Source: Camelus dromedarius (taxonomy: Eukaryota). Taken from it: a stretch of 64,000 nucleotides of DNA. Below, piece by piece: positions 1 to 13,951 of this stretch. Each line of letters opens with the position of its first letter. The stretch's first letter is position 1. The stretch covers positions 4,278,001-4,342,000 of the forward strand of contig NC_087458.1 of NCBI RefSeq assembly GCF_036321535.1, read 5' to 3'. The notes under the pieces are model-generated. The model searched no databases. It was not told the origin of the DNA and saw nothing but the letters and a program-made list of their open reading frames with translations. The translations under genes were made by a program, and so were the position numbers.

Positions 1-228
1 AAAACCAGACCCAAGCAGCAGGCAGTAAATAAGTCATTCCAAGATGGGGAAGAGTTAGCAAATGGTTGAAAGCAGTAATAGAGGAAGAGTTCCTGAATCT
101 TGTCCTAGGGAATTTGGGTTATGTACAGGGGCAAATGGGATATAAAATTTCTCAGTAAGGAAAGGCCATGGGCCACAAACAGGTGGCTATAGCATGAAGA
201 CTGACAAGTGGTTTCTTTTTAGGAAGTT

Positions 229-501
229 ATGAGGGACCCTGTGAGTAGCCAGTACAGCTCCTTTCTTTTCTGGAGGATGCCCATTCCAGAACTGGATCTG
301 TCGGAGCTGGAAGGCCTGGGTCTGTCAGATACACCCACCTACAAGATCAAGGACAGCAGCGTTGGCAAAATGACCGGGCAAGCAACTGGAGCAGAACAGG
401 AGAAAAGCCCTGACGGCGATGCCCTCCTTGAGTACAGCACCTTCAACTTTTGGAGAGCGCCCATTGCCAGCATCCACTCCTTCGAATTGGACTTGCTCTA
501 A
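229..501 (+). CDS. MLLT11: MLLT11/AF1q, 90 aa, single coding exon
   Basis: ORF MRDPVSSQYSSFLFWRMPIPELDLSELEGLGL...STFNFWRAPIASIHSFELDLL is the recognisable AF1q sequence. The splice acceptor tttctttttAG at 221-222 lies 6 nt before the ATG. Confidence 0.97.
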   Translation: MRDPVSSQYSSFLFWRMPIPELDLSELEGLGLSDTPTYKIKDSSVGKMTGQATGAEQEKSPDGDALLEYSTFNFWRAPIASIHSFELDLL

Positions 502-639
502 GCCCAAGACCTCTCCCGCCACCTTGCCCTCATTGTCTGCCCTTTCAAGCCCCTTACTTTCCACACTTTTCCCCTATTAATCTTGCTCTCTCCCCTCTAT
601 TGTGTTGAGGTGGTGCTGATGAATCTGCCAGAATTGTGG

Positions 640-771
640 NNNNNNNNNNNNNNNNNNNNNNNNNNNNNNNNNNNNNNNNNNNNNNNNNNNNNNNNNNNNN
701 NNNNNNNNNNNNNNNNNNNNNNNNNNNNNNNNNNNNNNNNNNNNNNNNNNNNNNNNNNNNNNNNNNNNNNN
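640..771. other. Assembly gap (N run); further gaps at 10368-10497, 20244-20413, 38664-38795 and 40229-40384
   Basis: Runs of N in the sequence. Confidence 0.99.
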
Positions 772-1640
772 CTCAAAAGCCTATCTATCTTTTTTTCTTT
801 CCTATCAGTTTCTCTCAGAAGCCCTCAAGCCACAAAGTAAAGGGTTCAAGCAATGGAGTATTGGATCACAGGGAGTCCTCCTTTCCCTCCTCCAGATGTT
901 AATTCCAGAAAACAGGCCTGGTGAGGGCACCCGAGAGCAGTATAGTAGTGAAAATGGAGGACTGATTTTTTTTACTTCTTTTTGAACAGCTTCAGAGATT
1001 GCTCAAACCTTCCTAATTTCTTGCTCCAGGCTTGTGAACAAATATTTCTTCAAGGGTTGGTGAAAACCTTGTAGTTTTTAATTTGAGATTATCTGCTACA
1101 AGACTGTGGGATACTGTAGGATTTCTAAAATGCTAAGGTGATAAGACTCATTTTTTTAATTCTACTTCTTGTAATACACTTTTTCTCAGAGAAAGGGGTA
1201 GTTCAAGGTATAAAACAAGAGGAAATAATACATCATGGGAAATGACAATAAAGGAAAGCATTGAATGTCAGAAATAGGCACCCTCTCTCACAAAAGTGTT
1301 CCTTCTTCAAGCCTACTCACTTTACAAATTTTCTTCTGTGGGTTGAAAACTCTAGCAGAGGAAAATCACTCGGATTTCAAATATTAAGATGCAGTCTTGC
1401 TGACTATTATGATAATTTGTAAGGTTTTATTCAGTTTTTAAAAAGCATAGGATTTGGTTGTAGTGTTTTAGTTTTGCCCTCCTGCATTTGCAGTGTAGAA
1501 TACTAATCAATGGGCCTCAGGCACATTTCCTCAGCTACCTTGAAACCAGAGAAATGAACAATCACACTGACCCTACACCTTGTCCCCAGTCCTTCCAAAA
1601 TTACTGCTGCTGATTTGTGCTGCCATTTAATCACTTCTTT

Positions 1641-1646
1641 AATAAA
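1641..1646 (+). terminator. MLLT11: Probable MLLT11 polyadenylation signal (AATAAA)
   Basis: AATAAA about 1.14 kb after the stop codon, at the end of an AT-rich 3'UTR-like stretch. Confidence 0.65.
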
Positions 1647-2749
1647 GACATTCAATCCCAGACCTGGATTCTAGTTTTCTCTTCACAGGGGAGGAGTGTA
1701 CATTTCAACAATTAGCCTTGCTTTCACTTTCAGCTTATGTATTTTATCTTTCTAATACTCAGTTTTGAGGAAGAAGGATTTGAGTAGCCTTTACACATTA
1801 AAATGATGAACTTCAGGTTGAACAGATAAGCAACAGGAAAAACGGGTGAAATCAACTTAAAATTAAAGTATTTCGGGAGAAAGCTGTAACCAACCACTTG
1901 TGCTTGCCCATTGACTACCAACATATTTGAGGTAATAGTTCTAGATGGCAGTAAATCTGCCCTTCATTATCTCAGCCTTGGTGCCTAAGAAAATAAACGA
2001 ATTAACTAAAGTATGTTATCTGCTTAGTTTATAACTCGCCTCATTAAATTAAAAAAAATTGGATTAATTGACAAATAGTTTATGAAATCCTACTATATGA
2101 AAGACACTGAACCAGACAACTAAGTGGATGTAAACAAGAGTGAGACAAGATTTTGACCCTCAAACTTAAAAACGGATGCCATAAATACCAATTTGGCAGT
2201 ATGCTGTTAAGTCCCCTGAAGAACATGAACAGGATCTAGAGAAGTCCAGAAAAGGGGGTGTTGTTCAACACCCCGTAGGTGTTGAAAGGCCCACCATCAA
2301 CGACAAAAGCCTAAATCAAATAAAGAATGGAGCAGTAACGTGTCCTTCTCGATTTTTTTAAGGTCTTCTCGCTGACCTAAAGAGCATGTTCATGTCCTAA
2401 AGTTCATGGCGAATAGTGGTGATGGTTACCAACTGGTAAATAAAGTGCCTAAATGGATTTGCAAACTCCTACTCCGTGCTCTTTCAGGCCCCCACAGGGA
2501 AATCACTTCCTTGTTTGTTTCATTGCTCGCGCTGACAGCTTGGCTCTGGGGTCCGCACATTCACACTGCAACTAGACATAGGTCCTCCGGGTACCAGAGC
2601 TCAGTTCACACGCAAAGCCAGGAACGTCGCAAATATCTTCACCCGAGGTGGGGACTGGAAAACAAGTTTTCTCATCAACCCTAAGGCTTGCCCCCCAGAA
2701 GCAAGCAAAACGGTGCAGGACCTCTGCTGAATCCGATTTCTCCTCAGCA

Positions 2750-3720
2750 GTCCTCCGGATTCTTGGCGCCAAAACAAACCTTCGGGTCCGTCCCCTACCG
2801 GGACTACACGACACGTAAGACACGTAATCGATAATCCTCCGCCTCGCTAAATAGTCCTGCCTAAAATGTCTGGGAGATACACTATTTCATCTCAGAGGGC
2901 CTTCGAAAGAGAGAGATGAGACTGAGAAGTGTATAACCCTTTTGTTCTAATGGAAATGTGGATTTTCTAATCATTTTCTCTTCATAGATTCCTCCGCCAG
3001 AAATTATATTCGCTGTCTTCGCTTCCGGGTCCGCCATTTTGTTGCCTCCATTTCTCCACGAGGGGGGGTTAAAGGCCCCCAAAATATGCATATATGAAAA
3101 GGCCAAAAAGTAACCGTCAGTGACAGGGAGTCTTAACTAGAGAAGGAAACAGGACCAAACTGGCGGGCTCGGTGAAAGCGCAGTCGGCCGCGTCCCGGAC
3201 GAGGAGGTGAGGGGGAAGAAGAGACGCGTGGACTCTGGGGGGCATCAGGGCTGGAAGGGAGACTGCGGTGAGAAGTTGCACCTCTTCCCCAGCCCAGCCC
3301 CGGACTTCTGGGTGCAGATGGAGCGGCGCCCCTTCATCCGAGCCGGGGCAGCTGGGGGAAGGGGACGAAGAGGAAGGGGATGCTGCTGGGAGGAAGGGGA
3401 GGGGACTGGAAGGAGGTGAAGAAGGGGGTGGGTGTAAGACCTGGGGCTCGGGAGCTGGACCGTGGGAAGCCGAGGCCGCAGAGGTGACCACGAGGGGGCA
3501 GCGCGGAGCCCGGGCCGGGGGCCGCCCGCTAGGCTGAGATCTGGGCTCCCCGCCCTAAATTGACTTCGTCCAGAAAGACCGAACGTCGCTGTGAGGGACT
3601 GGAGGATTTGTGATAGAGCAGAAAGCGAGGACCCTAATTCTCTGCCCGCAGCAATAGCCTAAAGATTATTAGTGAGCTCAGTAATCTGAGCAAGAGCCGT
3701 TAGGGCCCCGCCTCCAGTTC
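2750..3720. promoter_or_regulatory. GABPB2: GABPB2 CpG-island promoter
   Basis: CpG-rich. Contains an E2F-like palindrome TTGGCGCCAA (2763-2772), tandem GACACGTAA x2 (2810-2827), an ETS core CTTCCGG (3022-3028) and a YY1 motif CCGCCATTTT (3031-3040). Confidence 0.8.
3120..3206 (+). other. GABPB2: GABPB2 non-coding exon 1 (start approximate)
   Basis: Donor GAG|GTGAGG at 3206/3207 inside the CpG island. The next exon begins directly with the ATG. Confidence 0.6.
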
Positions 3721-5389
3721 TTGCACTGTTGTTTGTACAGCTGGCGGCCCAGTGGGGACGTGTGCAATAGAAAAAGAAATAAAAAGGTCGTCAGATCATG
3801 GATTCTTCGATTCCGTTTCTCCTTTCCGTTAGCTTTCTCCAATTGTCACAGATTTCCTTGAGACAGCACACACCATCTCATTCCTCCCCCTTTTCCCAGA
3901 GGGACTTTCCCCTCTCATCTCTCTTTTTAAAACGTCTTTGGAAAAGAACATTCTATGACTGACCTTCAACAATTTGACATTTTTAGCCATCTGGGACCAT
4001 ATTTTCATCGTACCATTTGACCCACCCGTAGTACAACAGAGATGTTCTTAAGCATCTGTGTTCATACACGCTTTGGTAACAATGATTGAACAGCTCCACC
4101 CAAATTCTTATATCAACAAAGGAAATTACTCTCTGATAGAGTACTTTGTTGTTAAGAGCTCAAGCATTTCATCAATTATTAAAACACACTTACTGAAAAT
4201 TCTCGTATGTTGGTATGGGAGGGGAAATGGGTGCCCTTGTTATTCATCTCTAAAATCCTAGGAGGCAAGTTAGATCAGATTTTGTTTCTGAACTTTGTAT
4301 ATAGGAAAAGTGGAGGTACATCCAGTAAGAGAGAATGTTTTCCTTTTGTTTTTAGTAATCAAGGAGATAAGAAGGGCCTAGACTATCTCATTCTTAAGCT
4401 ACATTTCTTATCTGGTAGGTACTGCCAGTACAGGATGTGGATAGTATGTGGGAGAATGGCACATAGTCTCCCCAAAATGCTGTTGTTTTAAAAATACATT
4501 TTACTTTAGATAGATGCTTCAGGTTAAATTGAAAGAAAAGAGTAACTGAGAATAGGGAGAGAAAAGAACCTTGAGGAACACATTCTAAGAGACTTTTTAA
4601 ATATCAGGTGATTAATATAACAGATTATTTACATTCTAATCCCAAAGTTTAGCTACAGTATCTTTGTATAGTGAAAACTAAGCCTCTTGATGGCCTATAT
4701 AAACAATGGAGATGAAACATTTGAGTCAGTTGCCATTTAGAGGTACTGATACACATACTCACAAATATGGTTGAAGAAAAGTGATAAAATTAACATAAAT
4801 ATGAAGGCAGACTACAGTGAAAAAAATTGATGGCTCAGAAATATTTTGCAGGAGTTCAGGTGCTGAAGACACCAGTTGCAATGGGATAAAATCAGTCTAA
4901 AGGATCTTGTTTTCCAGAAGTGTCAGCTTCCCGCGAATGTGAAGCAAACCAGATTTTTCCTTAAGCAGATACCTCAGCCTACCACTGAGTATCTTTTGTG
5001 GTAGAGAATAGAGCTGAAATTTAGGTTAATTTACTCCTGCTTCGTGCCAGCCATTTATGAACATCGCTGTGTAGGGCATTCTTTCTCTTTGTGATCAGTT
5101 ATCGTAGAGCTGTTTAAGCCTTCATGATAACCTTTTGTATATAGTATAATCTGAGAAAATGTGAAGGAGTCATTTCTGCTAATGAGTCACCTAAAATTTT
5201 GTTCTTGTTATTAATAAGATTACTAAATTGAAAGGAAGTTTTGATATTTTTAGAGAATGATAACCATGGAAAAATGCAAAGTATCAGTTTTCTGTAAGAA
5301 GGTTATGCTTTCATTTTTTTAATCTAGCATTTTCTTAAGTTGTAAAAACTGACACTTAGAACAGGTTATAAACTTTCACACTGTTAGAA

Positions 5390-5500
5390 TTCATCCTCTG
5401 CTCCAGTCAATCAGAGGACCTGGACTAGAGCCTCAAGCATATATGCATTTTGAACAAACTCCCCTGGTGGTCTCCCGGATTCCCATGTTTGAACACAGTG
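5390..5500. mobile_element. MER5A-like hAT MITE remnant
   Basis: ...agcatatatgcattttgaacaaactcccctggtg...tgtttgaacacagtg resembles the recalled MER5A consensus. Confidence 0.45.
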
Positions 5501-5557
5501 TTCTATAATGTAGATTGGAATATTAAATCGCATAGTGGCTAAATGATTTGCCTAACC

Positions 5558-6580
5558 CAATGATTCTCAAGTTTTTTGGTTTCAGGACTCATTAATATTC
5601 TTAAAAATTATTGAGGACTCCAATGTGTTATATCTATTGATATTTACTGTTTTAAAAATTAACTTTCAAATGTTAATTAAAATATAATAATGAATCCATT
5701 ACATGTTAACATAAATAGCACAATTTTATGAAAAATAGATATCTTCCAAGTTAAAGAAATAGAAAAAAGAAAAAAAGAATAACAACAACAACAAAAAAAC
5801 CCACAAGCAAGAAAAAAATAGAAGAATGACATTGTTTTATATTTTTGCAAATCTCTTCAATTTCTGGCTTAACTTTCACATCTATTTCTGCATTCAATCT
5901 GTTGCAATATGTACTTGGAGAAAGGACTAGTTTTTAAATAGCTTGTTCAGGTAATTGTGAATATTCTTTGATGTTACACAGAAACTGGACAAGTGGCAAT
6001 TTCTTAAAAGTGAGTTGCAGTGAAGAATCTGAAACCATGTCAGTGAATTTTTATATTCCATTACTTTAAAACCCATTGATCTGCTTTCATTTTTAATCAG
6101 TCTTTTTACCCGTGCATGATTTTGTAACATGCGTTGGTTATTTGAAAAATATTGGTTCATCCAAAAAAAGAAAAATATTGATTCACCAAATAATGCAGAT
6201 CATCCAAATATTGATGCATTTTATTATACAGTATAAAAAATCGCATTCATTAGTATCACCACTAATTTTATCAGAAAAGTTGTAATGAGCTGTTAACTCT
6301 TGGTGGTGAATAATAGGTTCCCCAAAATTACTGTTTTTTGCTTCAGAGCTGAAATTAAAATTGATAATTGGCAGTAAATACTGCTGTTTGTCTTCTTGAA
6401 GTCGCAGACTCTCTTTGTTCATTTTGAAAAAATGTCTGCCTTGTACCTGAGTCTCACTCTCCTTGGTTTGTCTATTCATTCTTTCGTGTAACATGCTATT
6501 TCTACCCATGGTTGTTTCAGAGGGATGAAATGCTGTTTTATTTTTTCCTGAAGCTAGAAAGGTGGTAATGTGTTTCACAT
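5558..6580 (+). mobile_element. Charlie1-family (Charlie1a-like) hAT DNA transposon fossil
   Basis: Starts caatgattctcaagttttttggtttcaggactc...cttaaaaattattgaggac and contains ccattacatgttaac and gcattcaatctgttgcaat, all Charlie1 hallmarks. It shares these segments with the copy at 56.7-57.4 kb. Confidence 0.7.
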
Positions 6581-6814
6581 ATTTCCAAAGTATTTTTCTG
6601 GAGATTGAAAGCGAGGGATCTGTGGTTTAGGGCCTGAAGCTTTCCCCAATATCTGTGTTAGATGCGGTGGGAAAGAAGTGCCTTACCGGAGAGTCGGCTT
6701 GGGAAGTGTGTTACATGTGTTCACGTACAAGAGGTCTTCTGAAAGCATTTTACAGGCAACTTTCCTTATGTTTGAATTATAGCTTCCTGAACAATTGTGT
6801 TCCTATGCATAAAG

Positions 6815-9800
6815 ATGTCTTTGGTGGACTTGGGGAAGAGGTTGCTAGAAGCAGCAAGAAAAGGCCAAGATGATGAAGTGAGAACACTGATGGCAAATGG
6901 TGCCCCATTCACCACAGACTGGGTAAGCTCTCTGAACGGCTCCCAGTGTGTGGTGTCCCCAGACTTTTTCTTAAAGGCTAAGCAGACTGTGTTGCTTTTC
7001 CTTCATTCTGTTTTTGCCTCAGTCTCCCTACAAGAGTTTCATGTTCTTTGACTCATCCAAATATGTGGTTTTCTTTTTCTTCTAGTTTTCCAAATTGAAA
7101 GAGTCTCCTGTGGATATATAGGTGGTAATTGTAAGGTATTATATACTTGTGGTCTTCGATAATGTTGTTTCAGAGTATTTTCTAAAGGTTTACTTCTCCC
7201 TGGAGTGTAATTGGGTTGTAGGCTTCTGTAATTAGCTAGAAATTAAACAAAATCAGTATACTAAGAGTGCATTTCTCAGCTAGTAAACCCCTTATTTCCT
7301 TTCCTCTGCAATGTCCTGGTTAATAAGGAGTAGTTTCGCCGTTTTGCTTCCTTTCCCACTGTTAAAAAACATTACAGAGGAAGGTGTAATTTCATGACTT
7401 CAGCCAGCCAGCTTGGAGAGCAGAGTCACAAGATCCAGGTCTCAGTTATAACATGGGCTTGCTTAGTATTCATAGATTTTGTAAGTATTGCCTAATTTTA
7501 ACAATTCGATGAGCAGTGTCCTCTGTTCTGGGGTGATTAATTCATAACTTCAGAGGCCAGCAGTTCTTAGCACTTCACAGAAAGGAAGAAAGGAAACCCA
7601 TGAGATTAGCATTTCTATAAATAGACCTGAAAAGAGCAGTGTGAATTAAATCCAGTCAGGCAGAAAGACTGAATATATGAAAAGCAAAGAATAAACGAAA
7701 TAAGCTTAAAATAAAGAGCATAACACAAAGAAAGGAACAGATATCTGGCCAAAATGGATGCTGATAGATAACTCTTAGAAGATTTACTTTGAGATGATAC
7801 AGACTTGCTTATTGCTATTGACACACCATTGCTATTTTTATTGTTACTTTTTGGGGTACTTCGTCTGTCAGTCTTTTTGCTTTACTTCACTGTGGTAACA
7901 AACGTCTATTTCAACCAATTAAATTTGCATCCCAGATTTCACATGCAACTTTCTAGACTCTGCCCTTTTCCTAAGAATTATTTTGAACCTGCCTATCCTT
8001 TCCCTTACCCCTGACTCAGAATGCTCTTTTCTATCCATTTGTTTTACCTTCTTCTAAGTCCTATTTAAAAGCATGTCCTTTAGGGAATTTTACCTGGTAA
8101 GTCCACCTGACTTAAATCCATTATACTTAGCACTTATTTAATTGGTGGTATATTTATTTGCCCATTAGTATGTTGATTTTAATTTAAACCATTTCTTCAG
8201 CCTATTTGCCCAACCAGATTCTCTCTCCAAGAAAGGACCCTAGCTTCACCTCTTGTTCATTTCTGCCCCTCCAGTAATGATTTAGGACCCTGCACATAGT
8301 TGATATTCAATGAGTATTATTTTTCCACAGCTTGGAACATCACCCCTCCACCTTGCAGCCCAGTATGGTCATTATTCCACAGCAGAGGTGCTCCTTCGAG
8401 CAGGCGTTAGCAGGGATGCCCGGACCAAAGTGGACAGGACCCCTTTGCACATGGCTGCAGCTGATGGACATGCACACATCGTGGAACTTCTTGTTAGGGT
8501 AAAGCAAGAATAGTGGTGGCGGGTCTGTATTATAAAAAAGACATACATCTCCCTGTTTCCTTACTTAAACAGGTGGTAGGAAACTAGGCTGGGAAAGATT
8601 AACCCTAGAACGGTTTATAGCATTGAGTTGCATCTCTTTCGAGTGTCATCATGGCTATGAGGATTTTGTTTTCTAATCTGTTAAAGGCTAAACAGACTTT
8701 ATTCATTTTTCTTAATTTTTCTTCTGCAGGTGTTCTCTGCTTTTATGCCTGTTTTTTCAGGCACTCAGCTTTCTGTTAATAAATGCAACAAAAATCTGTT
8801 CTTTTCCCCTTCCTCTCCCATCTGTTGTAATTTCCCAGTGATGTCCTTAAAGGACCCACTCACTTAAGGCATGATGTCTGTCAGAATTCAAGAGAATCTG
8901 AGAAATGTTTTTCCCTTTGGTATTTTTTAAACATGATCTAAATTTGAATATGAGTAATCTCTCTAGAAATCCTCTATATTTGGTGATGGGATGTTGTACC
9001 TGTGCTACTGTAACCAGTGTCTATTTGAAAAAAATTACTTTTCTGTGACAGAATGGTGCAGATGTGAATGCCAAGGACATGCTGAAGATGACGGCTTTGC
9101 ATTGGGCCACAGAGCACCACCATCGAGAGGTTGTAGAGCTGCTCATCAAATACGGAGCTGACGTCCATGCCTTCAGCAAGTTCGATAAGTCTGCCTTTGA
9201 CATAGCCCTGGAGAAAAACAATGCTGAGATTCTGGTCATCCTTCAGGTCTTGTTATTTGTATACCACTAGCGTATACTTCAGATGAAGTTAAGGATTTTT
9301 TGTAGGAGCTGAATCGAAACGAAATCTTCCCTATCTCATCAAAGTAGTACTTCCAGTATGTCTCAGTCTTGTGACTCAGTGACATTAGTATCTTTTTAAA
9401 AAATTCTGTAAAACCCTGAATTATTCATGGTGATTGAAGAACAATGTTGTGGTCAGGACAAAAATAAGATTATTTGGCTTTAGAATGTTTTTTTCCTCCA
9501 TGAAAATTTCCCTTTGTAATTAAACTTGACTTGGGACAGTATTAAAAGCCTCTTTATGTTTTATAAATATACATCAACTGATGTGAGATAGTACATAGCT
9601 ACAAAGCATATTGAGTCATAAGGAAGCCATCTCAGAATTAAAAATCAGCTGTGATAATTTCATCCATGGATTTCTTAAGCCAGCACTTGTATATCAAGAA
9701 ATAACGGGATGAGGGATACAAAGGTTAATTGCCCTTGGAGTGTTTACACCATGATGAAAGTAAAGACAAGATATAAAGTATTACACTACTGTGGTGATAA

Positions 9801-12800
9801 CAGGTACCTAGTAAGTGTTACAGGACTGCAGAGAGGGAGTATTGATGATACTTAAGGTAGGGATTAAAGTGTATGTAGAATCTGAACTGAGTTGTGGAGG
9901 AGAAGTAAGCAGAGATGTGAGAAAATGATATCATAGGCTAGAAAAAGCAAATCAAAGACACAGAGGTGTGAAAGGACATGGAATGTTCAGGAACGAGTAA
10001 GTAATTCTGTGACTAAAGATCGGGCAAGGGCAGCAGAGTTTGGGAGTGGCAGGAGTGAAGGCTGAGCGTTAGGCTGGGTTCTGAGCATAGGGGTGTTACG
10101 TGGCGTGCAAAGAGTGTGGACGATTTTGTGGGCAAGGGGGATCCAATAGAAGCTTTTAAATAGAGGATTGATGTGATTAGGTTTTTTTTAATGATTGTTT
10201 GGGGTGTGATATGCAGACTTGAGAGAAGACAGTTCATGAAAGTCACTATGTGTTTCTTCAGCATTAGGCCAGACAAGAGCCAATGAGGGCCTGAATTAAG
10301 GAAATGATAATGGACTATAGAAGGGGCAGATTCAGGAAGGAATTTAACAGTAACCAGAGAATGGATGNNNNNNNNNNNNNNNNNNNNNNNNNNNNNNNNN
10401 NNNNNNNNNNNNNNNNNNNNNNNNNNNNNNNNNNNNNNNNNNNNNNNNNNNNNNNNNNNNNNNNNNNNNNNNNNNNNNNNNNNNNNNNNNNNNNNNNACT
10501 GGTTATCCTCTTCAACTTTCAATTCCTTGTTTAGGGTCCTTGCATAATTTGACTTCTTTTTAGTAGTGATCATGTTTGTAGAAAACTGCTTATGAAAGTA
10601 AAAAAATAGAGTAAAGATAAGCATCTTTACACCAAAATTGTGCAGATATCCCTGGAAGCAGAAGTGCAGCATATGGAACTAGACATTAAAATCTGGCACA
10701 CATTTATTTGCTTGTTATATATTCTCTTAGGAATTTCTTCAGTGGCAGAATAGAATAAGTAGTTGGACAAAACTCTGGAGAATATTATTCTCTGTAGATT
10801 ATCTGCGGGGATCTCCAGCTAGCGCACTGTCTTGTAGATAATTGATCATAGGATATTAGGGCTGGCAATTACTTTTTAAGTCACCCCTTTCATTTTTCAA
10901 ATTAAAAGACAAGATTCAAAGAGGTTAAGTAAGTTGTCTAGAAGTTTTTGCAAGTAATATGCATTTTTTTTTTCCTAAAGTAGAAATAAGTTTGGGAAAG
11001 CAACCTAACATCTTTGTTGCTCTGGTCTAAAAAAAAAAAAACAGTAGTCTTAATGAGAACTCTGAGGTCCCTGGGACATTGTATGCCAGAACTAGTTCTG
11101 CTTGATAGAGCATTGTGGGGGATTAGTTGTTCAGTAACTGTATAACTAAGGCTAATAAGTGTTCTGATTTTGAGATACTCTGCACTGTTTTGTAGGAAGC
11201 AATGCAGAATCAGGTGAATGCTAATCCCGAGAGAGCCAACCCTGTGACTGTGGCCACCCCATTCATCTTCACATCAGGAGAGGTTGTCAACCTGGCAAGC
11301 CTTGTTTCTTCAGCCAACACCAAAACAACCTCAGGTAATATTCTGATAATGGGGCATTTATTTTAATCTTAAAATGAACAGAATCCCAGGTTTTCCTATG
11401 AGATGAATAGATACCCTCTCTGATATCCACACCTTTATTAAAATATTCCCAAAATAGAAAATTTATAATAGATTTTAAAGCTAATGCACTTACTCTTTCT
11501 GGGGAAAGGGAAGATCATACATTGGGGTTATACATAAGTGCTTACTGTGTTAAAAGTAATATTATTCTACAGATTAATCTGTTGAAGGGTTATATCTGAC
11601 CCCAAAATGAAAATACAAGGGTGCTTCAGTATGGTCGTGCTAAGGAAAATAGTTAAACATTTGCAGCCTAAAGCAGTAAAACATAAAGCAGAATAAACTT
11701 ACGTGGTTGTTGGAGTGCTGATACAGGTACCTGTGGTTATGTGACTACAATAGGAGAGGCTTGATTTGTTTCTGAGAACATGTGTAACAATAAAATAGCA
11801 AAGAGCAGCACTTGGTATTGAGCTTTTGAGACTTGTATGTTTTTAACAAAAATATTTGTCTAAAAAGAGCAAATTGAGTTTATTTTCAACATCTCTTTAC
11901 AGATACTTGCTTTACAGTGAGGGAACTTGTGTCCTCACTTAAATAAAATTTCCAATTGACTCTTGGTTTCTTTTTCTGTTCCTGACTTTCGTTTAAAAAT
12001 AAGCAACTGTATTCATAGTTAAGTTTGTAAAATATCAAAGGAAGATCTTAAATGAGGTATCATTATTGAGAGGCAGTGTGATAAAATACACACTTGTACA
12101 CGCGTGGAATTTTGCATTCAGAACTGCTTTCAAACACTGATGTGTTAATTGACTAGATGTTTGACCTTGGGAAAACTACTTACGTCTTCAAGCCTTCTTT
12201 CCTTATATTTAAAATTGGGACATAATAATACATATATCATGAGGTTGTTATGAGACTGAGATTTTGTATTTCAGTGCCCATTTTATAGGAGGGCTTCAAT
12301 AATCAGTGTTAAGTGAAAATACAACTTCTCAGTGAAGGTTGACTCCGTCATGCCCACAAGGGGGCAGTAGTGACCTTCATTTAATAGGCTACCAATTACT
12401 TAAAATCACTGTGCTTTAGTTCTTAGCTGATTTTTTAAAATTAGCTTACATATACGTGTACATATAATTAGAGCAGTCACAGTCATTTGGATTTGTTGTG
12501 GTTCAGGTGACACTGATTAGAAAAGTACTTTTACAATCCAAAAGTTTTTAGAAGCCGATAAAATTACATGTTCACGAACATGTGAAAAGAGCTAGTTAAG
12601 TCTTTAACTATTGAAACTCTCCAGACTTTGATCTAGAATGATAAGCAAAGTTGAAGACATTCAGGGTAGAGATTCTTAGCTTTGATTCCCATGGACCTAT
12701 ATATCACGTTTGTCATGCTGCTTTTGGCAAACCTCTTCATCTTTCTCTCTTCTGTGTGTTGACAACTACAAATTGAAACTGCTGAACCCTCACATAATTA

Positions 12801-13901
12801 GAGCCCATCTCTCCAATGTCGTCTTACTCATGAAGTATTTCTACCAGCCATTCTCCTTTAGGGGACTGGCCTACCTGATGCTTAATCAGTGCAGATAAAA
12901 GAAAGGAGAAAAATTATAAGACAAATTCAGGCTGTGTTATTCAACTGAGGTAAAGGATTTTCTTTTCCTGAATGGTGGGGCAGCCTCTTGTTTCCCATCA
13001 TCCAGTAATATTTTTAAGAATTAACTGAAAGTATCCTAGGATTATCATTTTGGTGGCTATTTTTGATATCAGAAACCAGATTACAAAGTTTGCTTTTAAT
13101 TTTCCATTTTTGATTAAAAATATCAATCATCATCAGTGAAACTGCAGTGATTGGGAACACAGACTAATTTAAACATTAATCAGGGTAAAACAAAGTTGTG
13201 AAGATCAGTTTCCTATTTCTGTAGAATCATAAGATGCACTCCAACGTCAAATATAAATTGCTCTGTATAGGTTCATAAAGACTGTATTGGAATCTAATGA
13301 ATTAGGTTCTAATCTGGGCTCCGGTGTTTACTCGCTGCGTGACCTTGGGCAAAGTAGTTAATTTTTCTGCATCTAGTTTTCACTAACTTGCAGAGATTAC
13401 CTAGCAGACATAGCACACTCCCCTAAATCCTGGTCTGAAGAGTTTATTTACGTAAGCCACATTCTGAGTAGGTAATGGGTTGCCACTAATAATGCCATTC
13501 CTTTCCAAAAATAACAGCATCCATGCACATATCACTTTATTTGATGTGGGATCTTATATAAAGGATAACGAAACAGTTAACATTATTTAACAACAAAGTA
13601 GTTTATTTTCCTAGACTTCCCTGGGTAAGTCTAAAGAGGTAATTTGCATCATCTCTTTTCAGTTTCAGCTATGTATGTCAAAATACTAAACCTAATTTTT
13701 TATAAGTGTTCTTTCTTCATTTTGCTATTGAGGGGAAGCTGGGTAAGTCATTATGTTTGAATCAAAGGGAGAGCACCCTTACGCTGGAATCATCATGCTA
13801 AAAGGTGTAACATGCCTTTCTTATGGAGCAGTTCTAGCTAGGTGTTCTCCTTTAGCTTGGTGGCCTAACTGATGTTTGTCCCACTTGAACTTTAATCGTC
13901 A

Positions 13902-13951
<50 letters not shown>

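Noticed and set aside
583-902. ORFs containing X runs (also near 10.0-10.7, 20.2-20.5, 38.3-38.9 and 40.1-40.6 kb)
   Set aside because: Artefacts of translating through N-gaps, apart from the real SEMA6C exon parts hidden in the last two gaps.
2255-2274. 9-bp inverted repeat GGGGTGTTG-tt-CAACACCCC, plus similar 7-bp hairpins at 22669-22685 and 51236-51251
   Set aside because: About one 9-bp and many 7-bp hairpins are expected by chance in a window this size, and there is no supporting context.
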